Made by a program: the position numbers and the translations under genes
Part shown: positions 35,233-44,173 of the stretch, piece by piece
How the letters are laid out: each line of letters begins with the position of its first letter
Numbering within the stretch: position 1 is the first letter of the stretch
From: a virus
Taxonomy: Duplodnaviria > Caudoviricetes
DNA length: 44,197 nucleotides
Direction: 5' to 3' (one strand)
IMG/VR virus record: IMGVR_UViG_3300024249_000002
Coordinates: 1 to 44,197 of that record
The notes under the pieces: model-generated
Database searches by the model: none
What the model saw: only the letters and a program-made list of their open reading frames with translations
What the model was told of the DNA's origin: nothing

Positions 35233-35624
35233 TAGGTTGCGTTGCCTTTCATCACGGCGTCAAACTTCGCGGACAGGACGCGGTGGATTGCGAGCGCAAC
35301 AGGTTCCGTTATGTGGGTGAGTATGATCTCGCGCTTGACCTTGCCTTTGGCGCGTCCCTTGTGGTGCAACGCTTCCGGTCCCACGAGGCGGATCCAGATC
35401 GTTCCGCGGACCGTGGCAACACGAAGCGCCTCCACGGCGTTGTTCAACACTGGCTTGTGTCCACGTTTGCGCGGCGCCCATGGGACGCCGTCCGGCGTCG
35501 TGTGCGCCGTGATCGTGGACTCAAGGACGGCGCGGACAGCAACTGTTAGTTCTTGCCAGGCGTCCAGCGTCAACGCCGCGGGGACCGCGCGAACGCGTTG
35601 TATGATCTCGTCTACAGTCAACAT
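35232..35624 (-). CDS. Virion morphogenesis / neck protein (Mu gpG-like)
   Basis: TPDGVPWAPRK, H..G, R.I motifs. Confidence 0.75.
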   Translation of the reverse strand: MLTVDEIIQRVRAVPAALTLDAWQELTVAVRAVLESTITAHTTPDGVPWAPRKRGHKPVLNNAVEALRVATVRGTIWIRLVGPEALHHKGRAKGKVKREIILTHITEPVALAIHRVLSAKFDAVMKGNAT

Positions 35625-35631
35625 GTCAGGT

Positions 35632-36117
35632 TCACCGAAGTCCCTGATCCTCTGATCGGCCTAACTGTGCTTGCTCGTCCGCCCACACATAGGGCGAGTA
35701 TTCCGAGTGGACGCGAGGGAACCCGCGCGCCACCGCGCCGTCGTCCGTGTCCGCGCGGAGTGGAAGTTCAAACAATCCTTCCGCGCTGTCCGCCGCCTCG
35801 CGGATATCCGCGAACGCCTGGACCGCCTGTAGCTTGTATTCTTGGAACTCCTGATCGGTGGCCGCGACACCACGCCGTAGCCACACGTCTACGGACACAA
35901 TACGTTGACACCACTCCACAACGGCCAGCGGATATGGAAGCTTGAACGGCGCGTCATAGCGTTTGCACAAGCGCGCATCGATAAAGCTGGACGCCATAAG
36001 CAGACGACGATCCACCCACCCGGGAGTCCGGAGTTCCACCTCGTCAATGAACGAGGCCGGGACAACGCTGACTAGCTTGAACTCTGCTAGATCTAAATAC
36101 GCAACTGTCCCGGCCAC
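35632..36117 (-). CDS. Head-tail connector (Mu gp36 / DUF1320-like)
   Basis: AY, AS..ID.RL.KRY..P motif. Confidence 0.8.
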   Translation of the reverse strand: MAGTVAYLDLAEFKLVSVVPASFIDEVELRTPGWVDRRLLMASSFIDARLCKRYDAPFKLPYPLAVVEWCQRIVSVDVWLRRGVAATDQEFQEYKLQAVQAFADIREAADSAEGLFELPLRADTDDGAVARGFPRVHSEYSPYVWADEQAQLGRSEDQGLR

Positions 36118-36182
36118 GGTTCACCTCCGCGTGTCACCTAACACCCAAGCGCGCGGCCACCGGCCGTCAGCGCGTCACGCCG

Positions 36183-37205
36183 TCACGTAGCGAGGCATTT
36201 GAACAACAGGTACGGGTGGCCAGGGAGCACGCTGTTACGTCCCTCCGTGGTCCACTGGAACTCACGGATCCGCGCCAGCTGTGCATCGTTTTGCGGACCG
36301 TAATACAACACGCTAAACGCTTCGCGATTCACGTAGGAAAAGGCCCCTAACTCGTTAGTTAGAATGTCCTCCATTCCGAGGTACCACGAGGTGTCCGACC
36401 CGCCTGGATACCCGGCCGCGAGCTCCGTCACCTCCACAGGTTGTCCGAGTCCGAAGTTGCGGATCAACGCTTCCACGTCACCGGAACCACCACCGGCCGT
36501 TGCCGCTTGTGCAATGAACTTGGCGTTAGTGATCTGTTGCGCGCGCGCCACGAGCGCCGGAGGAACGAACAAGTAGGCCGGGCGGAGGAACCGCGGATCC
36601 TCACCGTTCGGCATTTTGATCGTGGCAATGTATGCAATGGCCTTTGCGACGTTCGCCACAGCCACGTCCACACTGACACTCGTGTCGATAGGCAACGCGC
36701 CCGGACCCGAACCAGCTGTGAACAAGTTCGTGTAGGTTCCCAGCGTCGTCCGGAACGGATTCAATGGGTGATCCGTCGTGAAATACACCTTGCCGTCGTA
36801 TCCGAGCGGATTGGCGAGGATCGCTTGCGCAACCATCTTTTGCGGCCAGTACGCGGCGTAACTTCCAACGGTCCGCGACCACTGCGCCGCGTAATCGATC
36901 CCGTTGCCGTCCACGTCCTCGAACTTTTCTTTCTTGATCTTCAACCCGGCCGCGGCGTTCAGGTTCTCAACCTCTGTCGTCAACGCAACGATATCCTCGA
37001 ACTCGATATTGCCACCGTGTCCGGTCCGCTGGATCCGCGCCGTGTCGAGCAACCACGACAGACGCTCCTTTAGCGCCATGCTCGGAACTGTCTTGGCGAT
37101 CTTGTTCCACCACAAGTTAGACGTCAGGCGTCCGTACTCGTTGGACGTGATCGTCCGCATGTTGGACTCGAGATCGTAAAGGAACTGAGGGGTGATGGTA
37201 GGCAT
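36183..37205 (-). CDS. Major capsid protein (Mu gpT-like)
   Basis: E...WL, EDV, YDGK.YF..DHP, P..L.VPP.L, SWYL. Confidence 0.88.
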   Translation of the reverse strand: MPTITPQFLYDLESNMRTITSNEYGRLTSNLWWNKIAKTVPSMALKERLSWLLDTARIQRTGHGGNIEFEDIVALTTEVENLNAAAGLKIKKEKFEDVDGNGIDYAAQWSRTVGSYAAYWPQKMVAQAILANPLGYDGKVYFTTDHPLNPFRTTLGTYTNLFTAGSGPGALPIDTSVSVDVAVANVAKAIAYIATIKMPNGEDPRFLRPAYLFVPPALVARAQQITNAKFIAQAATAGGGSGDVEALIRNFGLGQPVEVTELAAGYPGGSDTSWYLGMEDILTNELGAFSYVNREAFSVLYYGPQNDAQLARIREFQWTTEGRNSVLPGHPYLLFKCLAT

Positions 37206-37211
37206 GACTAG

Positions 37212-37640
37212 TTACACCTCCGCCGTCGTGGTGGCGTCCGGAGCGAATGGATAAGACGAGTACACGAGGACGCCTTTCGCGGTGTCTACGCGGAGGACGA
37301 GGCCTAGGGACACGGCGCCTGCTTTCTGGACTGTCTGATCGTCTTTGACGTAAGCGATCTTGCCAGCGTCAGCGGCCACGAACGCGGCCGCCGTATCGTT
37401 GTCCCACCACCTCGCATTGATCGGATAAAACAGTTGGACTTGGATCGTTTTGATCCCGTCACCTGTTTTGCTCTGCATGAACACGCCGATCGGAAGCAAC
37501 CCAGCGGTGGCCGCGCCTTTCGTAACGAGTCCTGTTGCCGTGTCGAGGCAAGCCAGCTTGCCGCGTTCCGCCACAACGGCGTTCGTCAACACGAAGTCCT
37601 GATATCCCCACACGGCCTCCGTCACCATTCTATCAGCCAC
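37212..37640 (-). CDS. Head decoration / capsid cement protein
   Basis: GTG start at 37640 after GGAGG; D.GK..Y..DDQTV motif; precedes MCP. Confidence 0.7.
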   Translation of the reverse strand: MADRMVTEAVWGYQDFVLTNAVVAERGKLACLDTATGLVTKGAATAGLLPIGVFMQSKTGDGIKTIQVQLFYPINARWWDNDTAAAFVAADAGKIAYVKDDQTVQKAGAVSLGLVLRVDTAKGVLVYSSYPFAPDATTTAEV

Positions 37641-39126
37641 GGTTGACCTCCACTCCCGGCGCGCCGGGGATTGCTGGAATAGAGACGCCAAGTTGCAACT
37701 TGTAATCGGACGCGATTACGCCCGTTTTCTCGCCTACCAGTCCCATACGCATTGCAAGCGCGTTGGCCTCGTTCGGCGGAAGCGCTGGCGCGTTTGCCGG
37801 CGCGTTGCCGCGCGTAGGCGCCGCGGCTGCCGCTGCTAGCGCGGCCGCGGCCGTGGCTGTCTGCGCCGCTGGCTTGGCCATCTTTGCCGCCAGCGTGCGG
37901 ACCGTGGCCAGTGGGACCTGATCCAGTTCTTTGCGGATCTCAGGAGTCCAGTCCGGGCGCGATGCATACAACGCAACACGTTCTGACTTTGCTTGTGTCG
38001 CTGTGTATGAGCGGACTTCGCGGAGCGCCTGTTGCGCCAGCTTCAATGCGGACGCCGCGGACGTGGCCGTGGCTGCCTTCGCCTTGTCCTTTGCGGGCGG
38101 TGTGGCCGGCGCCTCGTCCCCGTCCGGTTCCTCGTGTTCGGCGTCCGGCGCTGGCTTGTCGTCCTCCGCCTCCGGCTTGTCCTCGGACTCGTCCTCCGCC
38201 TCCGGCTTGTCCTCGGACTCGTCCATTGCGGCAAGCGCGCGCTTGGCCGCCTCCGCGTCCGGACCTTCCCCCTCGGACGCTTTTTTTAGCGCCTGGCGCG
38301 CTTCCTCAATAGCACTCATGTTCGTCAATCCTTTAGCTGTTAGATCTAACAACCCGTCAAAACTGATCACGCCGTCCGCCAGGCGTTGTGTCACCGCGTC
38401 CCGTCCGAGGAACACGGCCGCCTGCAACGCCTTTGCGTCCACCTTGCGCGCCTCACGAACGAGTTCGAAAAACAACGCGGCCATGCCGTCCACGAGCAAC
38501 TGTTGCGCAACTAGTTCCTCGGAAGTGATCGGCGTGTCCGGGTTGCCGTCCGCCTTACGCGCGCCGCTCGTGATCAGCGCAACACGCAAGCCTAGTGACT
38601 CGTTACGCGCTGTGACGTCGTCCCGGACCGCCAGGACGCCGATCGATCCAACTATCGAGGACGGCGCCAGGTAGATCTTTGACGCGCCACACGCCACCGC
38701 ATACGCCGCGGAACACGCTCGTTCCTCCACGTACGCGATCAGTTGTTTGCCGGCCGCGGCGCACACGGCGCGGATCTCCCGGGCGCATTCCATGGACCCG
38801 TACGCGTCGCCGCCTGGACTCGAGATCCGGAGCACCACGAAGCGCGCGCCGGACTCCGCGGCCGCGCGAACACGTTGTGTCACCTCCGTGTATGACAGCC
38901 ACCACCCGTCCGCCTCCGCCGTCAGCGGACCGCACACGGGGACGACGGCCACCGCGCCGTCCGCCACGGTGAACCACCCGGGGTTGACTCGCTCGTGAAG
39001 CTCGAACACTTCAAGCAAGGCGTCAGGCTGGATTGCTACGACCCGTCCGCGGCGCTCAAAACGCGCGGACAGGCGTGTGGCTATGGTGGGCGGCGCGGCC
39101 GGCGTGGTGCCGTTGGACAGCGTCAT
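37633..39126 (-). CDS. S49 (SppA-type) prohead protease fused to scaffold
   Basis: SSPGG, ACSAAY, VGSIGV, G.RK.DG; acidic/Ala-rich C-terminal half with a 30-bp tandem duplication at 38161-38220. Confidence 0.9.
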   Translation of the reverse strand: MTLSNGTTPAAPPTIATRLSARFERRGRVVAIQPDALLEVFELHERVNPGWFTVADGAVAVVPVCGPLTAEADGWWLSYTEVTQRVRAAAESGARFVVLRISSPGGDAYGSMECAREIRAVCAAAGKQLIAYVEERACSAAYAVACGASKIYLAPSSIVGSIGVLAVRDDVTARNESLGLRVALITSGARKADGNPDTPITSEELVAQQLLVDGMAALFFELVREARKVDAKALQAAVFLGRDAVTQRLADGVISFDGLLDLTAKGLTNMSAIEEARQALKKASEGEGPDAEAAKRALAAMDESEDKPEAEDESEDKPEAEDDKPAPDAEHEEPDGDEAPATPPAKDKAKAATATSAASALKLAQQALREVRSYTATQAKSERVALYASRPDWTPEIRKELDQVPLATVRTLAAKMAKPAAQTATAAAALAAAAAAPTRGNAPANAPALPPNEANALAMRMGLVGEKTGVIASDYKLQLGVSIPAIPGAPGVEVNRG

Positions 39127-40751
39127 GCCGCCTCCGTCGTGGCCGGCGCCGGCGCGGTGGGCGCGGTGGGCGCGGCCGGCGTCAGTCCAGCGGATCCCAG
39201 CATGGCGTCCGCCTCCGCGGCGTCCACGAGGAACGAGCGCTGTATGATGGCCGCGGCCGCGTCACGCGGGACGAGGCCAGCAACCACCGCCTGGACGATC
39301 TCTAACAGTGACCCGATCTGTGCGCCGTTTAGCGCGGAGTCTTGTGCAGGCTTGCCGGTGGGCGGCGCGGATACGTCCGCGGCCGTCACCACGCCGTCCG
39401 CCTCGTCCACGTCCACGCCGTCCACGTCCGTCCCACCCACGAGGCGGAGGCCTCCGGATTGCGGCGCTGGCGCAGGTTGCTTGATCGGAATGGCGAAGTC
39501 CTCCGTCAGCGCCTGGACGTCTAGTTCCTGGCCGGACCCGGCCAGCGCCGTCGTCATTTGCTGGATCGCAGTGGCCAGCGTTTGAATCGTGAGTGCGTCC
39601 GCGTTTTTGTCCTTCGGAGGCGTCACGTCGTATTCCATGACGCAAGGCTTGGTTTCGATTGCGGCCGGTCCCCACCGGAGCGCCACGAACACCGGGATCC
39701 CTTGCGTATTCAATGTGTATGCGAGGCCGTCCGCGGTGGCCTGGATCAAGTCCGCGCGGATCATGCGGTGGATATCCTGATTGCTGAAACCAGTTCCGCC
39801 TGACGTTGTGATCGTCTGTCCAGCGATCGTGATGATGATCTCTTGATTCTGATCCTCGATAGTCCGGACGAACGAGTCAGCGCCGCGGCCGTTTGACTCC
39901 AACAGGCGCACGTCATATCCAACCGGCAACCCGAATACCGTGTTGATTCCCCACGCTAATATGTTGCGGAAGAATGAATCTTTCTGCGCCTCCGTGGATC
40001 CGTTCGGCGCAACGGCCACACGCGCCGGGTGTGCGAGTTTTGACTCCCAGTTGTCCCGGTGCCAGTTCGCGTGATCCTTGCGTATGTAGTTCCGGCCTAG
40101 CGCGCGCCACAACCCGTTGTTCCACGGCGCAACGCGGCCGCCCGGTGTGTGTAAGATCCAGCGACCGTCCCCGGGTGTGATCGGCAAACGTCCGATCACA
40201 CTGAGATAATACCAACGGTTCTCCGCCCACACATATTGCAGGTATTGCGGATCCAACCGGCAAAACACCGGGAAGTCGCGGCCGATCACTGGCAACAGTT
40301 CGCCTACGCCTACGCCTAACAGTTCACCGTCCGCGGCCAGTAGCGCGAGTTCGGACGGCGGAAACATCTCGTCAAACAAGCTCCGGACGGAGTCCCGTCC
40401 AACGCTTAGTTGTTCCACCACCTCCGGGTCCCCGCGGAACCGGCGCGGCAAGCGAACGAGTCCGGACGTACGCGTGGACAGGACGCCGGAGATCACGCCG
40501 TCCCGGCGCGCCGCGGCCATCAAACGCCCGGCCAGCTGTAACGAACCGTTGTCCGCGTTGTGTTCGGCTGTCTCGAGGTCCGCCAGATACCACCGCGATT
40601 GTGTCGCGGTAGGCATTTGCAACTGGCCGCCGTTGACGTTCCGGCGCGCCTCGTCAATGTCGATGGAACCAGCGCTCCATGGTGGCGGCGTATAGGTCGA
40701 ACGACCTAACAGCCGGGAAGTCATGAGTGTGATCCCGTTGACTAGTTCCAC
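39123..40751 (-). CDS. Portal protein (Mu gp29 / DUF935-like)
   Basis: RRD..I..VL.TR, G.GVGEL, I.GQT.TT; lies between terminase and protease. Confidence 0.85.
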   Translation of the reverse strand: MELVNGITLMTSRLLGRSTYTPPPWSAGSIDIDEARRNVNGGQLQMPTATQSRWYLADLETAEHNADNGSLQLAGRLMAAARRDGVISGVLSTRTSGLVRLPRRFRGDPEVVEQLSVGRDSVRSLFDEMFPPSELALLAADGELLGVGVGELLPVIGRDFPVFCRLDPQYLQYVWAENRWYYLSVIGRLPITPGDGRWILHTPGGRVAPWNNGLWRALGRNYIRKDHANWHRDNWESKLAHPARVAVAPNGSTEAQKDSFFRNILAWGINTVFGLPVGYDVRLLESNGRGADSFVRTIEDQNQEIIITIAGQTITTSGGTGFSNQDIHRMIRADLIQATADGLAYTLNTQGIPVFVALRWGPAAIETKPCVMEYDVTPPKDKNADALTIQTLATAIQQMTTALAGSGQELDVQALTEDFAIPIKQPAPAPQSGGLRLVGGTDVDGVDVDEADGVVTAADVSAPPTGKPAQDSALNGAQIGSLLEIVQAVVAGLVPRDAAAAIIQRSFLVDAAEADAMLGSAGLTPAAPTAPTAPAPATTEAA

Positions 40752-40798
40752 GCCACGAAGCTGACGCGCGCGCGCGGTGTGCGCAGCGAACTCGAGCG

Positions 40799-41041
40799 TT
40801 AGTCGTGATCGGTGGCGTCGTGGAGGTGTTGGACCGTCCAGGCCACGACAGGGATCCTGTATGTGTTAGCTAGACGCTCCGCGGCGCGCGGGTTAGGCCT
40901 GGCGTCACCTGACAACCACTCCGATACGCACGAAGGAACGACTCCGCAACGCGCGGCCACTTCGCGCGCGGTGGTTCGTTGGATCACGGCCACGAGCAAG
41001 CGCCGGCCACGTGAACGCCTGACTAACGTGATCGCCACCAT
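40799..41041 (-). CDS. XRE-family HTH protein
   Basis: AREVAARCGV.PS.VSEWLSG..RP. Confidence 0.75.
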   Translation of the reverse strand: MVAITLVRRSRGRRLLVAVIQRTTAREVAARCGVVPSCVSEWLSGDARPNPRAAERLANTYRIPVVAWTVQHLHDATDHD

Positions 41042-42690
41042 TCGTTGCCTCCGTATGGATCGATCGTTTGCTCCGCGTATGGCGTCACAGCGTCCCGGCC
41101 TTCGCTCGTGGCGGTGGCGGCGCTTGGCGGCAAATCACCGGAGGACAGGCTAAGTGGTTCCCATGCCGACAACGCGAACGCGTCATATCTGTCCGGGGAC
41201 CGGCCGATCAGTTTGCGGATCAGTTCCTTCGGGGTGAGTTTCAGGCGTCCGTTGATCGCTTGCTTCCATTCCAACACGTGGAGTTCCGTGGCCAGCTTGA
41301 CGTCCTCCGGTATCGCGCCGCCGTCACGGAACCATTGTTCCGCGTTCGCGGCCAGTTCATCACGCGCGCGATCGTATATGTGCGGTTTGCGTTGCGCCTT
41401 GTCACTGGCGCGGACCGTAACTAGTTCGAACGCGTTCGGGTTCATCTCCGTGAAGTTGCGCAACCGGCCGGCCAGGGACGCGCCGATCCTACCTTCGCGA
41501 TCCAGCACAACCACCGGTGTTTCACGAGGCAACCGGAACTCCGTCAACAGGATCAGTAGCTGGACGAGGTGTTGCTCGTCATTCAATCCGCGTTGCGTGC
41601 GCAGCGTTAGGAGCTTCATACCGCGCCGGATTGCAAAGCACGTATCGTCCCCTAGGCCGGATTCACCGGCCGGGTCGAGGCCCACGAACAAGCGCCCGGC
41701 CGCCTCCATGGTTGGCCAGCGTTGTTCCGCCTGTGTGATCGCGTGGACCGTGAATATCTTCGCTTCCTCTTGTAACGCGTGCTGTCCCTTTACGCGTATC
41801 TGATACAGCGGACTCGCTTCCCCCCATTCTTGTTTCTTGTCCTCGCACCACTCATACGTTGCGAGTCCGGGGATCACTAGTTTGCGCGCCTTGTAGTTCG
41901 GCGTGTCCTCGGACGATATGCGCATGGTCGCATACAGTTTGGACTTGCCGTAAAACGCTTCGTAGAACTCACCGGAGTTCCGCGTCCCTTGGGACAGCAA
42001 CAACAACTTGGCACCACCGGCGCGGTTCCCCTCGATTGCCTCGAATATGAGATCGTCAATCCCGGAGGCCTCGTCCGCTATATAGAACAAGTTACGTCCG
42101 GAGATCCCAGCCACCGCCTCGGACTCCTTAGCAGTGAATCCAACGATCTCCCGGAAGTCCTCGGACTTGAGTCCCGTTCGCGCGAGTTCGCCTTGTTCGC
42201 CGTCAATCAGCGCGCTGTGTTCGCACGGGCGCTTGATTAGCAAACCTTCCGGGTCCCGTTCCTTACACTCGACACAGCGCCCGGACCGCGCGCGGATCAT
42301 GCGGAGTTCGCGCCATAGGATCTGATCCACCTGGCGGGACGTCGTGGACGTCATGACGACGCGCGCGTCCGGAAACGAGCAATAATACCAGAGCGCCAGG
42401 GACGCGGCCGTGTGGGACTTACTGACCTTGTGTCCCGAACATATTGCAACGCGATCATGGTCCCGGACGAGTTCCATGATTTGCCACTGCTTTTCCCATG
42501 GTTCCACGCCTAGGATCTCACGGCAAAACGTCACCGGGTCCCGTTGGTAGTGTGGGTTAGGGAACTGTATATGTAACGTGCGCTCTAGTAACTTATCGAG
42601 GCGACGATCAAACGACTCCGCAAACGTCCACAGCTCCGGATCAGGTGTCCGCCTCCGGAGTGCTAACTCCTGCGCTCGTGTATCTGGCAT
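41023..42690 (-). CDS. terL: Terminase large subunit
   Basis: PW.KQ, SGHKVSKS (P-loop), IADEASG (Walker B), RVKGQ, GLDPA, GRSPDRYDA. Confidence 0.9.
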   Translation of the reverse strand: MPDTRAQELALRRRTPDPELWTFAESFDRRLDKLLERTLHIQFPNPHYQRDPVTFCREILGVEPWEKQWQIMELVRDHDRVAICSGHKVSKSHTAASLALWYYCSFPDARVVMTSTTSRQVDQILWRELRMIRARSGRCVECKERDPEGLLIKRPCEHSALIDGEQGELARTGLKSEDFREIVGFTAKESEAVAGISGRNLFYIADEASGIDDLIFEAIEGNRAGGAKLLLLSQGTRNSGEFYEAFYGKSKLYATMRISSEDTPNYKARKLVIPGLATYEWCEDKKQEWGEASPLYQIRVKGQHALQEEAKIFTVHAITQAEQRWPTMEAAGRLFVGLDPAGESGLGDDTCFAIRRGMKLLTLRTQRGLNDEQHLVQLLILLTEFRLPRETPVVVLDREGRIGASLAGRLRNFTEMNPNAFELVTVRASDKAQRKPHIYDRARDELAANAEQWFRDGGAIPEDVKLATELHVLEWKQAINGRLKLTPKELIRKLIGRSPDRYDAFALSAWEPLSLSSGDLPPSAATATSEGRDAVTPYAEQTIDPYGGNEWWRSR

Positions 42691-43318
42691 GCGGTCCTAA
42701 CCCACTGGACGGATCACGAAAGGCGCGTTGGATCGCCTCGTGGACTGCCTTCGCCGCCAGTGGGTGAGGTTCTAACGCGTCAATGACGAGATCGCAAAAT
42801 CGTCTAAACGCCGGGTGTTGCCGAACATATCTGTCCTCTGACAGTTCCTGCGATCCTTCAAGGCGCGCGCGGAGCGTTAGGATCTTCGCCTCCGCGTCCG
42901 CAAGCCTAACGCGTTCGGTAGGCAGCAACCCGGGTTGCTGGCGGTCCTTCCGGATCACGGCCAGCAAGTCCAAGCAATCCTGTAGCGTGCTTGGCGCGCC
43001 GTCTTTGTGCGTCGTGGGTGACGCGGCGCCGGGCGCGGTGGGCGCGGTGGGCGCCGGGTCCGCGCCGTCCAGGGAGTGACCCGGCAACACGAGCCAGGCG
43101 CGTTCCGGGATCCCGTACATGGCCGCTATGCGCTGGCGTGTCTCCGGCGCCGGGACCTTGGCGCCCGTACGCCAGTCAGCAACGGATTGCGGGGACTTGA
43201 CGCCTAGGTCCGCCGCAATGGCCGCCAGCGTCCCCACGACTTGAAGGAACCGCGCTTGTCCTTCCGACCGGAGTACAGGCGCGGCCAGGGAGATCGGCCG
43301 CGGATCTCGTGGTGCCAT
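42641..43318 (-). CDS. HTH protein in the packaging operon
   Basis: LAAIAADLGV.SPQSVADWRTGAKVP HTH followed by a helical C-terminal domain. Confidence 0.7.
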   Translation of the reverse strand: MAPRDPRPISLAAPVLRSEGQARFLQVVGTLAAIAADLGVKSPQSVADWRTGAKVPAPETRQRIAAMYGIPERAWLVLPGHSLDGADPAPTAPTAPGAASPTTHKDGAPSTLQDCLDLLAVIRKDRQQPGLLPTERVRLADAEAKILTLRARLEGSQELSEDRYVRQHPAFRRFCDLVIDALEPHPLAAKAVHEAIQRAFRDPSSGLGPHARYTSAGVSTPEADT

Positions 43319-43321
43319 GCG

Positions 43322-43747
43322 TTACGCCTCACCACGCCAGGACGAGGGATATGGCGAGATCGGCCGCTCGTGTTCCACCGGAGGCGTGCCGGCCGCGCGC
43401 TGGCGGACCGTTTGCAATATGTAGTGGTCCGGGTGCTTACGCTCTAACAGCCACGCCGCGGCGCGCCAGTCCGCCGTAGGAGGTGACTGTCCAAGCGCCG
43501 CGCGCGAGATCACGAGGTGGTTACGCCGGACGTCGTGTGCGATCGCTTCCGCGACGTCACGCGCAAGTTGCGCGTACGGTTCACGGCCGGCACGTCCGAG
43601 CGTCAACCACTCGTCCAGTTCGTCCAGCGTGAGGCCGGCAAGCGCCGCGGCGTGGACGGGGAACACGCCCACCCGAAGCGCGTCAGTTAGTTTTGCGTGG
43701 CGCTCCGGTGTGTACTCCGGTCCCGTGGATTGTGGTCGTTTCGGCAT
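43322..43747 (-). CDS. terS: Terminase small subunit
   Basis: N-terminal HTH (AA..AG......EW) and DWRAAAWLLERKHP motif. Confidence 0.75.
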   Translation of the reverse strand: MPKRPQSTGPEYTPERHAKLTDALRVGVFPVHAAALAGLTLDELDEWLTLGRAGREPYAQLARDVAEAIAHDVRRNHLVISRAALGQSPPTADWRAAAWLLERKHPDHYILQTVRQRAAGTPPVEHERPISPYPSSWRGEA

Positions 43748-43994
43748 GCGTCAAATGTGTACGACTTACTAACGCGAGGCCACGCTCCACGGTGGGTTGT
43801 ATCCTGGCAATATGCGCCGCGAAGGACTCGTTCCGAACGGCGCACACGCGGATTGTGAACGTGATCAGTAGCGCTGTTACGTCCTGCACACTCACGGCGC
43901 CACCGTTTAGTTGTTCAAGCTTGTCCTCGATTAGGTTGACGACTTCTAGGATCTCGAGTGCGTGATCGTGCGGATTATTGGATCGCGGAGCCAT
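43683..43994 (-). CDS. Hypothetical protein
   Basis: Start probably ATG 43994 (MAPRSNN). Confidence 0.5.
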   Translation of the reverse strand: MAPRSNNPHDHALEILEVVNLIEDKLEQLNGGAVSVQDVTALLITFTIRVCAVRNESFAAHIARIQPTVERGLALVSRTHLTHAETTTIHGTGVHTGAPRKTN

Positions 43995-44173
43995 GTTTGT
44001 TCGGTTGCCTTTATTTTGGTGGCACACGGTCCCCCGTCAGGGATGACGTGGGAACCGGTACCCTTGCATTGGGACAAGTGCCGGAAACGATTGCGGTTTT
44101 TCCGCCGGGTTTTTCAGAACTTCCGTGTCCAAAAAACTGTGCAGTTCTGGGACTTTTCGCCGGGGTCCTTTGG

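Noticed and set aside
42424-42450. Gapped similarity of S10 to terL codons VAICSGHK, and of S4 to sheath IEIEVGFY
   Set aside because: Only about 12/20 and 13/18 matches, and S4 is low-complexity; within chance
22413-43994. Numerous plus-strand ORFs opposite the structural genes
   Set aside because: Antisense shadow ORFs expected at high GC; no RBS or motifs recognised
44163-44169. GGGTCCT identical to lambda cosQ
   Set aside because: Wrong orientation relative to terS, only 7 bp, and the terminase is not lambda gpA-like
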